Positions 1 through 9,522 of a DNA stretch of 64,000 nt are shown piece by piece. The notes below the pieces were generated by a model. It ran no database searches. It was not told the origin of the DNA and saw nothing but the letters and a program-made list of their open reading frames with translations. Positions within the stretch are counted from its first letter, which is position 1. Every line of letters begins with the position of its first letter. A program made the position numbers and the translations under genes. This stretch comes from Clostridiales bacterium (GTDB lineage Bacteria; Bacillota; Clostridia; Christensenellales; Pumilibacteraceae). The stretch lies in NCBI GenBank assembly GCA_029055565.1, contig JAIDCZ010000029.1, forward strand, positions 9,973 to 73,972. Reading direction: 5' to 3'.

Positions 1-137
1 TCGTATTCAACAAACTCCGTAGTGTCCGCAAACGCTTTGCCCGCAAACCCGAAGCCCAAAACAAAACACACCGTGATTATAACAAAAATCACCGCCGCAA
101 AAATCCGTCGCTTAAAAATACCGATTATATTATACAT
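1..137 (-). CDS. Secreted protein, 5' portion only (runs off window start)
   Basis: Read manually from ATG at 137: MYNIIGIFKRRIFAAVIFVIITVCFVLGFGFAGKAFADTTEFVEY..., a Sec signal peptide (KRR, hydrophobic core, AFA-D cleavage site). Confidence 0.65.
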   Translation of the reverse strand, partial: MYNIIGIFKRRIFAAVIFVIITVCFVLGFGFAGKAFADTTEFVEY

Positions 138-174
138 ATTTATATCTTGCGTTATTGCGGGATATAAATACAAA

Positions 175-876
175 TTAATTGCTTATAATTTCGGTTTGGA
201 AGTACTTTTCTTGAAACTCTGTTTTTTCGCGTATTTCGTCGTCGGTCAACGATACCCCTTGCGGCGCGACCACCCACTTATCTTCTTCGTCGTCAAGTCT
301 GTGGATTATGGCCACGACTACTCCGTCAAACTCGGATATGGGCTCGTCCACGCCGAGAATATACGCGTCTTGCGCTTCGCCGTCCCCGCCCATAGCAGTC
401 GGAACAAACCCGTAATTAACGCCGTATACAATATCGTCATGCTCGGGATGCGTAGAGCCGAGCGGGCGGTCAACCACAACATGGACAATCTTGCGCAGTG
501 CTGTTTTGTCAGGTCTAACGCCGTCGATACGCTGCCATGTACACCGTTTGCGCCTACGGCGGTTTTTAACGTTCAAGCATACCATCACAACCACTACGTA
601 CACAAAAAGCGCGGACAGTCCCACCGACAAGCAAATAGTCCCCGTAGTCTTGTCGTCGGGTAGCTTTGGCGCAGCAAGCATAATCGCGCCGAAAATGATT
701 GCAAACCACATGGCTAAAAACGCAATTACAATAAATACCAAAATCAGTATGCGACAAAGCACGGGCATTTTTAAAAACCGATTAGACCGTTCCAACTCCT
801 CGCACGGCTTTTCAAAAAGCAACGAAACAATCGGCGTTAAAAATATATTTGCAAGTATTTCAAACAGTAAATCCAT
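175..876 (-). CDS. Family I inorganic pyrophosphatase-like domain fused to N-terminal transmembrane segments
   Basis: C-half VVDRPLGSTHPEH..YGVNYGFV..GGDGEAQDAYILG..DDEEDKWVV is PPase-like; N-half has 2-3 hydrophobic helices followed by KNRRRRKR; start placed at ATG (MDLLFE). Confidence 0.8.
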   Translation of the reverse strand: MDLLFEILANIFLTPIVSLLFEKPCEELERSNRFLKMPVLCRILILVFIVIAFLAMWFAIIFGAIMLAAPKLPDDKTTGTICLSVGLSALFVYVVVVMVCLNVKNRRRRKRCTWQRIDGVRPDKTALRKIVHVVVDRPLGSTHPEHDDIVYGVNYGFVPTAMGGDGEAQDAYILGVDEPISEFDGVVVAIIHRLDDEEDKWVVAPQGVSLTDDEIREKTEFQEKYFQTEIISN

Positions 877-1003
877 ACGGTTAAATACTAACACATATTA
901 TTTATAATTGCAAGAGTATAACAATAAGCGGTTGTCGCTGCCACGAAAAAAGCACCCGTTAAGGGTGCTTGTTCATTATAGACTATAAAAATAAGTAATT
1001 AAG

Positions 1004-1458
1004 TTAGCGCGTGATTGTTTCGTCAAACTCAAACCTACCGACGTCTGAAATAGTACTTAAATACTTTTCTTGTATATATAGCCACATCTCAGTGACCTCA
1101 ATGACATCGCCGTTCAAAAATTCAAACTCAAATATATAGGTAGTAACTTCTTGTCCTTCCGGCCCCAATGCACGACTGAATTTGTATTTTATTTTGGAGT
1201 TGGTAATTTCCCCATCAATAATAATATAGACATAGCCGTCGGAATCGAAATAATATCCGCACTTTTGAGCATTATGATAATCGTGCATCTTTCCGTCGGG
1301 CTCCAAAACGCTGACGTTACCGTCGGCAACCCATGCGCCGTGAACGGCTTTTAACGCGTCATCGGTATAGTCCTTATCGTCCGTACAGCTTATAAATAAG
1401 CAAAGCGACATAGCGATAAGCAGCATAATAGGTAAAAGTAATTTTGTTATTTTCTCAT
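1004..1458 (-). pseudogene. Lipoprotein whose RBS-supported start is frameshifted (ORF track: 1004..1426)
   Basis: GGAG RBS then ATG at 1458 reads ATG AGA AAA TAA; one extra A gives MRKITKLLLPIMLLIAMSLCLFISC, a complete lipoprotein signal. Confidence 0.5.
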
Positions 1459-1710
1459 GATTTACTCCGCAATTATTGTATAGTTGTTATACCACTTTAT
1501 TAAAGTGCTGTCAATATGTTTTAGGACAATCGATATAACAGCGGCAACCGGATTGCCCGCGAACTGCGCGGGCGGCCTTTGCGCTTCGCGCAAGCGGCTA
1601 GCGAACCGCGCGCCGAAATATCATAACAATAATAGTGCGTAAAATTTCTTTTATCGGTTTATCATAAATTGTGCAAAACTTCGGCGCGCTACGAATACAG
1701 TGCCGATACT

Positions 1711-1742
1711 AAAATACCCCTCGCGTTAAGCGAGGGGTATTT
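1711..1742. terminator. Intrinsic terminator downstream of tRNA-Met
   Basis: aaaatacccctcgc-gttaa-gcgaggggtattt hairpin with A/T tails. Confidence 0.8.
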
Positions 1743-1818
1743 GGTAGCGGCAACTGGATTCGAACCAGTGACCAATCGGGTATGAACCGAGTACTCTAGC
1801 CAGCTGAGCTATGCCGCC
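1742..1818 (-). tRNA. tRNA-Met(CAT), elongator type
   Basis: Reverse complement GGCGGCATAGCTCAGCTGGCTAGAGTACTCGGTTCATACCCGATTGGTCACTGGTTCGAATCCAGTTGCCGCTACCA; cloverleaf, CAT anticodon, paired first base, CCA end. Confidence 0.95.
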
Positions 1819-1968
1819 ATAGCAAGATTTATTCGAGGAATAAATTTGCCCGCTTGCGGGAGCAAATTTACGACGAAGACAAATTTACATCTCTGCACCG
1901 TTGCTTGCAACGGAAACGCGCGCAAAGCACGCGTTTCCAGAGCTTGCTCTGGCGCAGAATGTAAATTT

Positions 1969-1997
1969 ATTATATCAAATATTATTTTATTTGGCAA
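1969..1997 (-). promoter_or_regulatory. SigA-type promoter for tRNA-Met
   Basis: TTGCCA-17 nt-TATAAT on minus strand. Confidence 0.65.
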
Positions 1998-2093
1998 GGG
2001 ATTTTAACAAGGTTTTTTCTGTTTTTTATTTTATAGGCGTATTGCAATCTTACTTTAAGTATGGTACAATTTATACGAATGAGGTAAACCGAT

Positions 2094-2552
2094 ATGTGTC
2101 TTATATGCGACAGAATAGAAATGATTAAAAACGGCACTAATCCGTACTTCGTTAAGGAACTGCAAACCGGCTACGTAGTAATCGGCGACCACCAGTATTT
2201 TAAGGGTTACACTCTGTTCCTATACAAGCAACACAAGACCGAGCTGTTTCAGCTCGACATGGACGAGCGCACTTTGTTCTTAAAGGAAATGTCAATCGTT
2301 GCCGAAGCGGCGAGCAAGGCGTTCGGTGCGCAAAAAATGAACTACGAACTGCTTGGTATGGGCGACAGCCATATGCATTGGCACCTATACCCGCGCGCAT
2401 TCGGCGACCTCGGCGAGTACGGAGTGAACGGTAACGGTCCGGTGTGGTGGATACCGCTAAACAAACTGCAATCGGACGAATGCCGCCCTACCACCGACGA
2501 GCTGAACGAAATGAAAGCCAAATTACTGACCGAACTAAACAAACTGATATAA
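2094..2552 (+). CDS. HIT family hydrolase
   Basis: N-terminal CxxC, histidine triad HMHWH, GAGG RBS. Confidence 0.9.
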   Translation: MCLICDRIEMIKNGTNPYFVKELQTGYVVIGDHQYFKGYTLFLYKQHKTELFQLDMDERTLFLKEMSIVAEAASKAFGAQKMNYELLGMGDSHMHWHLYPRAFGDLGEYGVNGNGPVWWIPLNKLQSDECRPTTDELNEMKAKLLTELNKLI

Positions 2553-2568
2553 TTGCGAGGAAAACGAC

Positions 2569-3129
2569 ATGAACGTATACGAAAATTGCCCGACGTATGA
2601 AAACGACGAGTTTATAATCCGCTTGACGATTGAGCGAGATATTGCCGATCTATTAAAGGTTTACAGCGACGAAAAAGCGTTGCCGCTGTTCAACAGCGAC
2701 AACTGCCACGGCGACGACTTTCACTACACCACGCTCGAACGCATGCGCCAAGCGTTTGAATTTTGGGAGGAAGCGTACCGCAACGGTTGGTTCGTGCGCT
2801 GGTCGGTCGTGGACAAATCGACTAATGAAGCGGTGGGAACAATCGAGGAATTTCACCGCGACGCCGGCGATCACTTTGACCACTGCGGACTGTTGCGCTT
2901 GGACTTGCGCAGTGACTACGAGGTAGCCGACAAAATAGCGAGCATTCTATCGCTTATAGTCCCGCCCTCCTTCGACTTATTCGGTTGCAAAATGGTAGCC
3001 ACCAAAGCCCCCGCCGCCGCGACGGAACGCATAAAGGCACTGACAAGCCTCGGCTTTACTCCGTCCGACAAACCGCTCGTCGGCCACGACGGTACCAAGT
3101 ACTATGCCTATTACGAATTGAATAAGTAG
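2569..3129 (+). CDS. GNAT (RimJ/RimL-like) N-acetyltransferase
   Basis: Pattern WSVVDK..AVGTIE..GLLRLDL..LTSLGF; 16 nt after the HIT gene. Confidence 0.75.
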   Translation: MNVYENCPTYENDEFIIRLTIERDIADLLKVYSDEKALPLFNSDNCHGDDFHYTTLERMRQAFEFWEEAYRNGWFVRWSVVDKSTNEAVGTIEEFHRDAGDHFDHCGLLRLDLRSDYEVADKIASILSLIVPPSFDLFGCKMVATKAPAAATERIKALTSLGFTPSDKPLVGHDGTKYYAYYELNK

Positions 3130-3140
3130 TTTATTTACCG

Positions 3141-3189
3141 CAACAAACGACTCCCGCTGTCATTGATTAACAGCGGGAGTCGTTTGTTG
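3141..3189. terminator. Hairpin terminator after the GNAT gene
   Basis: caacaaacgactcccgctgt...acagcgggagtcgtttgttg perfect 20-bp stem. Confidence 0.8.
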
Positions 3190-3209
3190 TATTATTTTAT
3201 GTGCGGCTA

Positions 3210-3333
3210 CGCCTAGATTTCTCCGCTTCGCGCTGACGCGCTTCGGTCGAAATGATGGGTAGTTGGAATTTTCTTTTTAGAATAGTCATGCCTATACTCC
3301 CATCATCCCGAGCGCAGTCGAGGGATCTAGGCG
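3210..3333. repeat. Palindromic REP-like element, family A, copy 1
   Basis: cgcctagatttctccgcttcg..gtcgaaatgatggg / cccatcatcccgagcgcagtcgagggatctaggcg; near-identical copy at 3799-3924. Confidence 0.85.
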
Positions 3334-3388
3334 ACCCGCCGCATTACTGTTGCGCTATTACTATTTTAATTCTGAATTCTGAATTAAA

Positions 3389-3691
3389 TTAAATATTGAA
3401 CGCTTTTTTAATTTCGTCGAGCGAGGTTAAGCCGATAAACTTTTCCACGACAACGCCGTCGTCAAACAGCACGAGCGTGGGAATACTGCTTACTTGAAAA
3501 TCCATGGCAAGGTCGTCGCACTTATCGACGTCCACCTTGACTACCTTTATATCTGTGGTTTTGGCAAGCACCTCCACTATCGGCGCTTGCATTCTGCACG
3601 GCCCGCACCAGCTCGCCCAAAAGTCCACAAGCGTTTTGCCGGTGCCAGTAATCTCATTAAATTCGTCAATTGTAGGGTTTTGTATTTCCAT
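3389..3691 (-). CDS. trxA: Thioredoxin
   Basis: DFWASWCGPC active site, 100 aa. Confidence 0.95.
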   Translation of the reverse strand: MEIQNPTIDEFNEITGTGKTLVDFWASWCGPCRMQAPIVEVLAKTTDIKVVKVDVDKCDDLAMDFQVSSIPTLVLFDDGVVVEKFIGLTSLDEIKKAFNI

Positions 3692-3798
3692 TATGTTTTC
3701 TCCTTGTTTTTAGTATTGTACTTTTTAATTCGGAATTATGAATTCGGAATTGCGGCGGCGTTGCCGCATTAAGGGTGCGATTGATAATGTGCAGCTAA

Positions 3799-3924
3799 CG
3801 CCTAGATTTCTCCGCTTCGTTCGCTATGCTCACTACGGTCGAAATGATGGGTAATTAAAATTGCCTTTTTTGAATAGGCTTGCCATACTCCCATCACACC
3901 GAGCGTAGTCGAGGGGTCTAGGCG
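3799..3924. repeat. Palindromic REP-like element, family A, copy 2
   Basis: Same arms and orientation as 3210-3333; the pair brackets trxA. Confidence 0.85.
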
Positions 3925-3986
3925 AAGCCGCACAATCTATAAATTTTATCCTTATTTATAATTCTGCATTCTTAATTCTGAATTCT

Positions 3987-5399
3987 CTACATATTCGCAA
4001 GCTTCTTTGCCGCGGCGAGGTAGATTTCGTAGTTCTTAAACAGCTGGCGCACGGGGAAGTTTTCGTCGGCGCGGTGCATATTTATGTCGATATTGAGCGG
4101 AGTGCAACCGAACGCCACCGCGTTGGGCAATTCCCTTGCGTACGTGCCGCCACCCACTTGAAGCGGCGGGGTCATATCGCCGGTAATGCCCCTATACACC
4201 TCGAGCAACGCCGTGATAAGCGGCGAGTCCTCGGCAATATACAAGTTTTCGTGATAATCGCGCACGGTCGCAACGCAACCGGTTTTTTCCTCGAGCTTTT
4301 GCGCGACGAAGGCCGCATTCACGCCCAGCGGCAGACGGAAGTCTATAAGCAGTTTAAGCGTATCGCCGTCCAGCTCCGCTTGCGACAAGCACATAGTGGT
4401 GTCGCCGCTTTGAGGATCGTTTACGTACACGCCCAAGCGCCGTGCCGCGTCCCTGGAGCAAAGGTATTCGTCAATCTTGGGCAAGCACTCCGCGCCTATA
4501 GCGCCGTTGCACGCCGCCAAAAACCCGAGCGTTTTCCACAACGCGTTGTCGCCCTTGTCGGGCGTGGACGCATGCTCGGCGGTGCCTACAGCGGTAATAT
4601 CAATGGTCTTGCCGTTGTAAATTTCGTAATCGGCAAAGCTTGCGCCGCCCTCGACGATACGCGCGGCAATAGGCTGTTTTTTAAACAGCTCGGCGGTAAC
4701 CGTGCCGCCGCACAGCTCCTCCAAATACTTGGCAAGCGGACTGCCGGCCGCAACGCCGACGGTGGACTTATCCGGCACGGCGTTGGCGCATTCGGCGCCG
4801 GTTATAGCCGTAATATTTTTTGCGAGCTTTTTGTCCTTAAAGCTGAGCACGATATGTGCAATGCCCTTTTCGGCGTTTATAAGCGGGAACTCGCTGTCGG
4901 GCACGAACGACGTTACCGGAACCTCGCCGCCGTTGTTAAGGTAGTAGCGTATGCACGAACTGCCGCGCTCCTCGTCCGCGCCGACGATTAAGCGCACGCG
5001 GCGCTTGAGCGGCGCGCCTTGAAGCTTGAGCGTCCTTAGCGCGTGCAAGCACACCACTACGGCGCCCTTGTCGTCGCCCACGCCTCGGCCGTAAACCTTG
5101 CCGTCCTCCTCGACCATTTTGAACGGATCGCTCGCCCAGCCGTTGCCGGCGGGCACTACGTCCAAGTGCCCCAAAATGCCTATACATTCCTCGCCCGAAC
5201 CGACCTCGGCGTACGCGCAGTAGCCGTCCATAATTTCGGCCTTAAGGCCGTAGTTACGCGCCTTGGCAACGAACCAGTTAAGCGCGTCCAAGCAAGCTTG
5301 GCCGTACGGCGCGCCGGCCTTGGGTTCGGAGTACACGCTGGGTATAGCCACGATTTCAGCAAGGTCGTCCAAAATTTCGCGAGTCAACATTTCGTCCAT
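3987..5399 (-). CDS. pepV: M20 Sapep/PepV-family dipeptidase
   Basis: GHLDVVP, YGRGVGDDKG, DEE, EKG, GGGTYAR and H..DE metal-binding motifs. Confidence 0.9.
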   Translation of the reverse strand: MDEMLTREILDDLAEIVAIPSVYSEPKAGAPYGQACLDALNWFVAKARNYGLKAEIMDGYCAYAEVGSGEECIGILGHLDVVPAGNGWASDPFKMVEEDGKVYGRGVGDDKGAVVVCLHALRTLKLQGAPLKRRVRLIVGADEERGSSCIRYYLNNGGEVPVTSFVPDSEFPLINAEKGIAHIVLSFKDKKLAKNITAITGAECANAVPDKSTVGVAAGSPLAKYLEELCGGTVTAELFKKQPIAARIVEGGASFADYEIYNGKTIDITAVGTAEHASTPDKGDNALWKTLGFLAACNGAIGAECLPKIDEYLCSRDAARRLGVYVNDPQSGDTTMCLSQAELDGDTLKLLIDFRLPLGVNAAFVAQKLEEKTGCVATVRDYHENLYIAEDSPLITALLEVYRGITGDMTPPLQVGGGTYARELPNAVAFGCTPLNIDINMHRADENFPVRQLFKNYEIYLAAAKKLANM

Positions 5400-5495
5400 A
5401 ATACTATCCTTTTTGCTTGCGTTTTAAGCGCAAAAGCATTACAATTATTATGGCTTTATTATACTACTATCTTACAGACAAGTCAAGGAGAGAAT

Positions 5496-6908
5496 ATGGT
5501 TCGTACGAGATTTGCACCCAGCCCCACGGGGTACTTACATATAGGCGGACTGCGCACCGCGCTGTACGCCTACCTTTTCGCCAAAAAGAACGGCGGCAAA
5601 TTTATACTGCGCATAGAAGACACAGACCAGACTCGCGAGGTCGAGGGCGCCGTGGACATTATTATTTCCGCACTCGACAAAGCGGCAATCCACTACGACG
5701 AAGGCCCTATAGTCGGCGGCGACTACGGCCCGTACGTTCAGTCCGAGCGCAAGGAGATTTACCTTAAATACGCGCACAAGCTTGTGGAAAGCGGCGATGC
5801 GTACTACTGCTTCTGCTCCAAGGAGCGGCTTAGCGAGCTTCATGAAAAAGGCGCAACCAAGTACGACAAGCACTGCTTGCACCTTAGCAAGCAAGAAGTG
5901 CAAGACCGCATTGCGCGCGGCGAGCCGTACGTAATCCGTCAAAACATACCCGAAACCGGCACCCACACCTATCACGACGAGGTGTTCGGCGACGTTACCG
6001 TGGACTACAAGGACCTTGAGGACAACATCCTAATCAAGTCGGACGGCATGCCCACCTACAACTTTGCCAACGTTATCGACGACCACCTTATGGGCATTAC
6101 GCACTGCATACGCGGCGTGGAATACCTTATGTCCACGCCCAAGTACAACCTACTGTACGACGCGCTGGGTTGGGAACGGCCGGTGTATATTCACCTCCAG
6201 CCGATTATGCGCGACAGTCAGCACAAGCTGAGCAAGCGCGACGGCGACGCCGGCTTCGAGGACTTTTTGCGCAAGGGCTTCCTCCCGCACGCCATAGTCA
6301 ACTATATCGCGTTGCTCGGCTGGAACCCCAAGGACAACAACGAAAAAATGTCCATGGCCGAGCTTATAGACAAGTTCTCTATCGAGGGCTTGCAAAAGTC
6401 GTCGTCCATATTCGACGAAACCAAAATGCGCTGGCTCAACTCGCTGTACGTTAAGGAAATGAGCGCGGAAGCCTTCCACGCGGCCGCCACCCCCTACTAC
6501 GACGAGTATTACCCCAACAAGAAAATCGACTATAAATACCTTTCCGAACTGTTGCAGTCGCGCGTGGAAATACTGACAGATATTAAGGAACGCGCGGCAT
6601 TCCTAAATGCGTTCGACAACTTCGATACCGAGCTGTTCGTCAACAAAAAGTGGAAAACCACCGTCGACATGGCGCGCGAGCTGATTGACGACTGCATAGC
6701 CGCTACCGACAGCGAGGATATGAACGCGGCACTCGAGCAGCTGGCCGAAGCCAAGGGCTTGAAAAAAGGCCAAGTGTTGTGGATACACCGCATAGCGCTT
6801 ACCGGCGCGGCGGCGACCCCCGGCGGCGGCGTGGAAATGGTAAAGCTTTTCGGCAAGGCCGAAGCAATGCGCAGACTCCGCGCGGTAAAAAAGATTCTCG
6901 GCGCGTAA
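5496..6908 (+). CDS. gltX: Glutamate--tRNA ligase
   Basis: MVRTRFAPSPTGYLHIGG (HIGH), KLSKR (KMSKS-like); AGGAG RBS before ATG 5496. Confidence 0.97.
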   Translation: MVRTRFAPSPTGYLHIGGLRTALYAYLFAKKNGGKFILRIEDTDQTREVEGAVDIIISALDKAAIHYDEGPIVGGDYGPYVQSERKEIYLKYAHKLVESGDAYYCFCSKERLSELHEKGATKYDKHCLHLSKQEVQDRIARGEPYVIRQNIPETGTHTYHDEVFGDVTVDYKDLEDNILIKSDGMPTYNFANVIDDHLMGITHCIRGVEYLMSTPKYNLLYDALGWERPVYIHLQPIMRDSQHKLSKRDGDAGFEDFLRKGFLPHAIVNYIALLGWNPKDNNEKMSMAELIDKFSIEGLQKSSSIFDETKMRWLNSLYVKEMSAEAFHAAATPYYDEYYPNKKIDYKYLSELLQSRVEILTDIKERAAFLNAFDNFDTELFVNKKWKTTVDMARELIDDCIAATDSEDMNAALEQLAEAKGLKKGQVLWIHRIALTGAAATPGGGVEMVKLFGKAEAMRRLRAVKKILGA

Positions 6909-6989
6909 TCGTCCTATTGCGGTGTCGGGGCGACATTTTATAAAATTAGACTTGACAAGTCGAATAAAAAAGGTTACACTTATATCGTT

Positions 6990-7298
6990 ATGGAACACAA
7001 CGCACAATCCAACAATAATAGCACGATTGCAAAGCTGATAGGCGCGTCGCTCGCCTTGCTGTTTTTGTTGCTCCTTATCGCGCTGATAGTCAATCTTGTC
7101 AAGCTGGGCGCGGCAAACGATCGCAAGGACGCGTTGCAAGCGCAAAGCGCCAAGCTCGACCGACTGATAGAAAAAAACGACGATATGATAGAGTATTGCG
7201 GTTCCGCCGAGTTTATAGAGGAATACGCGCGCGAATATCTGGATATGGTGTATCGCGGCGAAACCGTTATCGGCGGCAAAAACGACAACGAAGAATAA
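6990..7298 (+). CDS. Septum formation initiator (FtsB/DivIC family)
   Basis: Single TM, coiled coil, FIEEYAREYLDMVYRGE motif. Confidence 0.8.
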   Translation: MEHNAQSNNNSTIAKLIGASLALLFLLLLIALIVNLVKLGAANDRKDALQAQSAKLDRLIEKNDDMIEYCGSAEFIEEYAREYLDMVYRGETVIGGKNDNEE

Positions 7299-7369
7299 TC
7301 AACGGTTATATAAAAGGTCGCGGTTATACCACGACCTTGTTTTTTAGAAAAAATTAAAGGAGAACGCTT

Positions 7370-8197
7370 ATGCGCGCGGCAATAGATATAGGCTCCAACT
7401 CGATACGACTTTCATTTTCCGACGGCACCACCACGTCGCAAATAACCCAGCTAGCACTCGGCTTGCGCGATACCGGAATGCTTTCCCCTATCGGCGTTAC
7501 CGCGACGATAGACGCGCTAAAGCAATTTAGGGCAATTTGCGACGAGCGCGGCGTTACAGATATTTTTACGTTCGCGACCGAGGCGGTGCGCCGCGCCAAG
7601 GACGGCAGTGAGTTTTGCGCCAATGTAAAGCAACAAGCCGGACTGACGGTAACCGTGCTGTCCGGCATGCAAGAGGCCGAGCTTGCGCTTAAAGGCGTAA
7701 CCAAACCGGACGGACCGGTTACGGTGTGCGACCTCGGCGGCGGCAGTCTGGAAATAATTTGCTCGCGCGACGGCAAGACGCCCGACTACGTAACCAGTCT
7801 CCCACTCGGCGTGGTGGTGCTGAAAAACATGTTCAACGGCGACTACCGCAAAGCGATAGACGATATGCCTAATGTACTGACGGAATGCAGCAGCGTGCCG
7901 CGCGGCAATACCGTTGTGCTGTGCGGCGGAAGCGCGTGCAACATTGCCGCCGCTATGCTCAACCTAAAGGTGTACGACAAAAACGCAGTAACCGCCAAGT
8001 TCACCGCAAAACAGCTGGACGATATTATGCCCATACTGCTAAGCAAGCGACTGACGGTACTGCGCCCCATCTGCACCAAGCGCGCCGACACTCTGCCGTA
8101 CGGTGCGATACTTATACAAGCCCTACTCAACTACCTCGGCGCGACCGAGTTTTACGTATCCGACTCGAGCAACCTGGAAGCGGTGCTGAATAATTAA
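7370..8197 (+). CDS. Ppx/GppA phosphatase family protein
   Basis: AAIDIGSNSIRL, ATEAVR, DLGGGSLE ASKHA motifs. Confidence 0.9.
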   Translation: MRAAIDIGSNSIRLSFSDGTTTSQITQLALGLRDTGMLSPIGVTATIDALKQFRAICDERGVTDIFTFATEAVRRAKDGSEFCANVKQQAGLTVTVLSGMQEAELALKGVTKPDGPVTVCDLGGGSLEIICSRDGKTPDYVTSLPLGVVVLKNMFNGDYRKAIDDMPNVLTECSSVPRGNTVVLCGGSACNIAAAMLNLKVYDKNAVTAKFTAKQLDDIMPILLSKRLTVLRPICTKRADTLPYGAILIQALLNYLGATEFYVSDSSNLEAVLNN

Positions 8198-8229
8198 GAA
8201 TTAAGAATGCAGAATTAAGAATTGTAAAT

Positions 8230-8341
8230 AAGGATGAAATCCCTCACTGCGTTCGGGATGACAAAAATAATTTTCTTGTCCTACGAAACACCGAAGGTAT
8301 TCAGAACAAGCGCGAAGCGCGCAGTGAAGAATCTCATCCTT
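8230..8341. repeat. Palindromic REP-like element, family A, copy 3
   Basis: aaggatgaaatccctc..gggatgacaa / ttgtcc..attcagaacaagcgcgaagcgcgcagtgaagaatctcatcctt; right arm nearly identical to the copy at 15882. Confidence 0.8.
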
Positions 8342-8354
8342 TTTATTTTTCTTT

Positions 8355-8621
8355 TTAATAGAACGTAACAAATTTAATAGAATAAATATCCCCGAAGCAA
8401 AGCTTGTCGCCGCACGACAAGCCTATGTACGCGTTGCCGACAAGGTATATATCGCCGCAAATGGCGCGCACCGTGCCGTCGAATAACGACAGCTCCACCT
8501 TGACGCGCTTGCCTATGTTCGCCGCAAACAGTTGCTTCCAGAGTCCGACGTTGTTTTCCGAATTGTAATCGGGCAACGGGTCGGGAATGTTGATGTCTAC
8601 CGGTCTGTTTTCGCAGTCCAT
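8355..8621 (-). CDS. Small conserved protein, probably sporulation-related (possibly GerQ-like)
   Basis: GGAGG RBS before ATG 8621; IGKRVKVE..G....VG..YI..GDIYSIKFVTF pattern; adjacent to spore cortex hydrolase. Confidence 0.6.
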   Translation of the reverse strand: MDCENRPVDINIPDPLPDYNSENNVGLWKQLFAANIGKRVKVELSLFDGTVRAICGDIYLVGNAYIGLSCGDKLCFGDIYSIKFVTFY

Positions 8622-8678
8622 ATACGTACCTCCAATAATAGTGAATAATGAATAGAGAATAGTATGAGAATTAAGGTC

Positions 8679-8780
8679 GCCCCTCCTACTAAGCAACCGT
8701 AGGTTATCATGTGGTTAAGCTTTTCCATATGAGGACCTTCCCTCGGGGGAAGGTGTCACCGAAGGTGACGAATGAGGGCA
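8679..8780. repeat. Intergenic multi-hairpin element
   Basis: Stacked hairpins accttccctcgggggaaggt and gtcaccgaaggtgac followed by gaatgaggg; single copy in window. Confidence 0.5.
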
Positions 8781-8801
8781 ATTACTAAAATCCAATCCTC
8801 T

Positions 8802-9212
8802 CTACGTATTATAATAACTGCTTGTCGGCGAGTAAAAGCAATGGTCGCCTATACGCGTGCGCAAGTAGCCGTTGTTGTTGGGGAAGTTGCTTCGGCACGT
8901 CGCGGAATACGGATTGAAAAACCAAAGTGCGTCCGCAGTGTCGTGCAGTCGCCCGCCGTTTATCGCCCACTGCGCAATGTCGTAATGGATAGGCTCGGGC
9001 GTAAGATTGTATATGCTTTGTTGCTGATCGGTTGCGCACTCAAACTGGCGCGGCGCAAAAATAACGTCGCGTATAGTGTTGTACCTACCGTACTCGCCCC
9101 TATCCATATTAACTCTGTTCATTAAAACGGACGCCACGGCACGCATACCGCTTTCGCCCTCGCCTCCCGCCTCGCACTTGATAAGCCTTGCCAAAAGTTC
9201 CAGTTCGTCCAT
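8802..9212 (-). CDS. Spore cortex-lytic hydrolase (CwlJ/SleB Hydrolase_2 domain)
   Basis: LLARLIKCEAGGEG..AVASVLMNRV..QFE..ALWFFNP..IGDHCFY. Confidence 0.9.
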   Translation of the reverse strand: MDELELLARLIKCEAGGEGESGMRAVASVLMNRVNMDRGEYGRYNTIRDVIFAPRQFECATDQQQSIYNLTPEPIHYDIAQWAINGGRLHDTADALWFFNPYSATCRSNFPNNNGYLRTRIGDHCFYSPTSSYYNT

Positions 9213-9271
9213 AGTAATAGTGTTTATGCCGACAAAGCTTATAGTGTGCAAATATAATTCGGAATTAAAAA

Positions 9272-9382
9272 ATAAGGTTGAGATTCCTCGCGTTGCTCGG
9301 AATGACAAACCAGCTGTACTGCTAAATTACTTTTGTCATTCAGAGCGAGCACGAAGTGCGAAGCGAAGAATCTCAACCTTAT
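9272..9382. repeat. Palindromic REP-like element, family A, copy 4
   Basis: ataaggttgagattcctcg..ggaatgacaaa / tttgtcattcagagc..gaagaatctcaaccttat. Confidence 0.85.
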
Positions 9383-9420
9383 CGTAATTCTGCATTCTTA
9401 ATTCTAAGCAGCGTTAAGAT

Positions 9421-9522
9421 ATTTATATAGACTCGAAATTCATTGGGTGTAACGCACAACCAATCGCCGCGTAAACACACAACACTAAAGGTTTCTTGCC
9501 TACTTCTTTTCAAAGAAGTAGG
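9421..9522. repeat. ~110-bp repeat, family B, copy 1
   Basis: Aligns to 10968-11070 (cattgggtgtaacgca..gtaaacacacaacactaaa..tttcttgcctacttcttttcaaa(a)gaagtagg). Confidence 0.85.

Noticed and set aside
5043-5495. N-terminal extensions in the ORF track (gltX here; also glpK, rplA, proS, MoxR, alpha/beta hydrolase)
   Set aside because: They overlap neighbouring genes or repeats; downstream starts match the conserved N-termini and mostly have an RBS.
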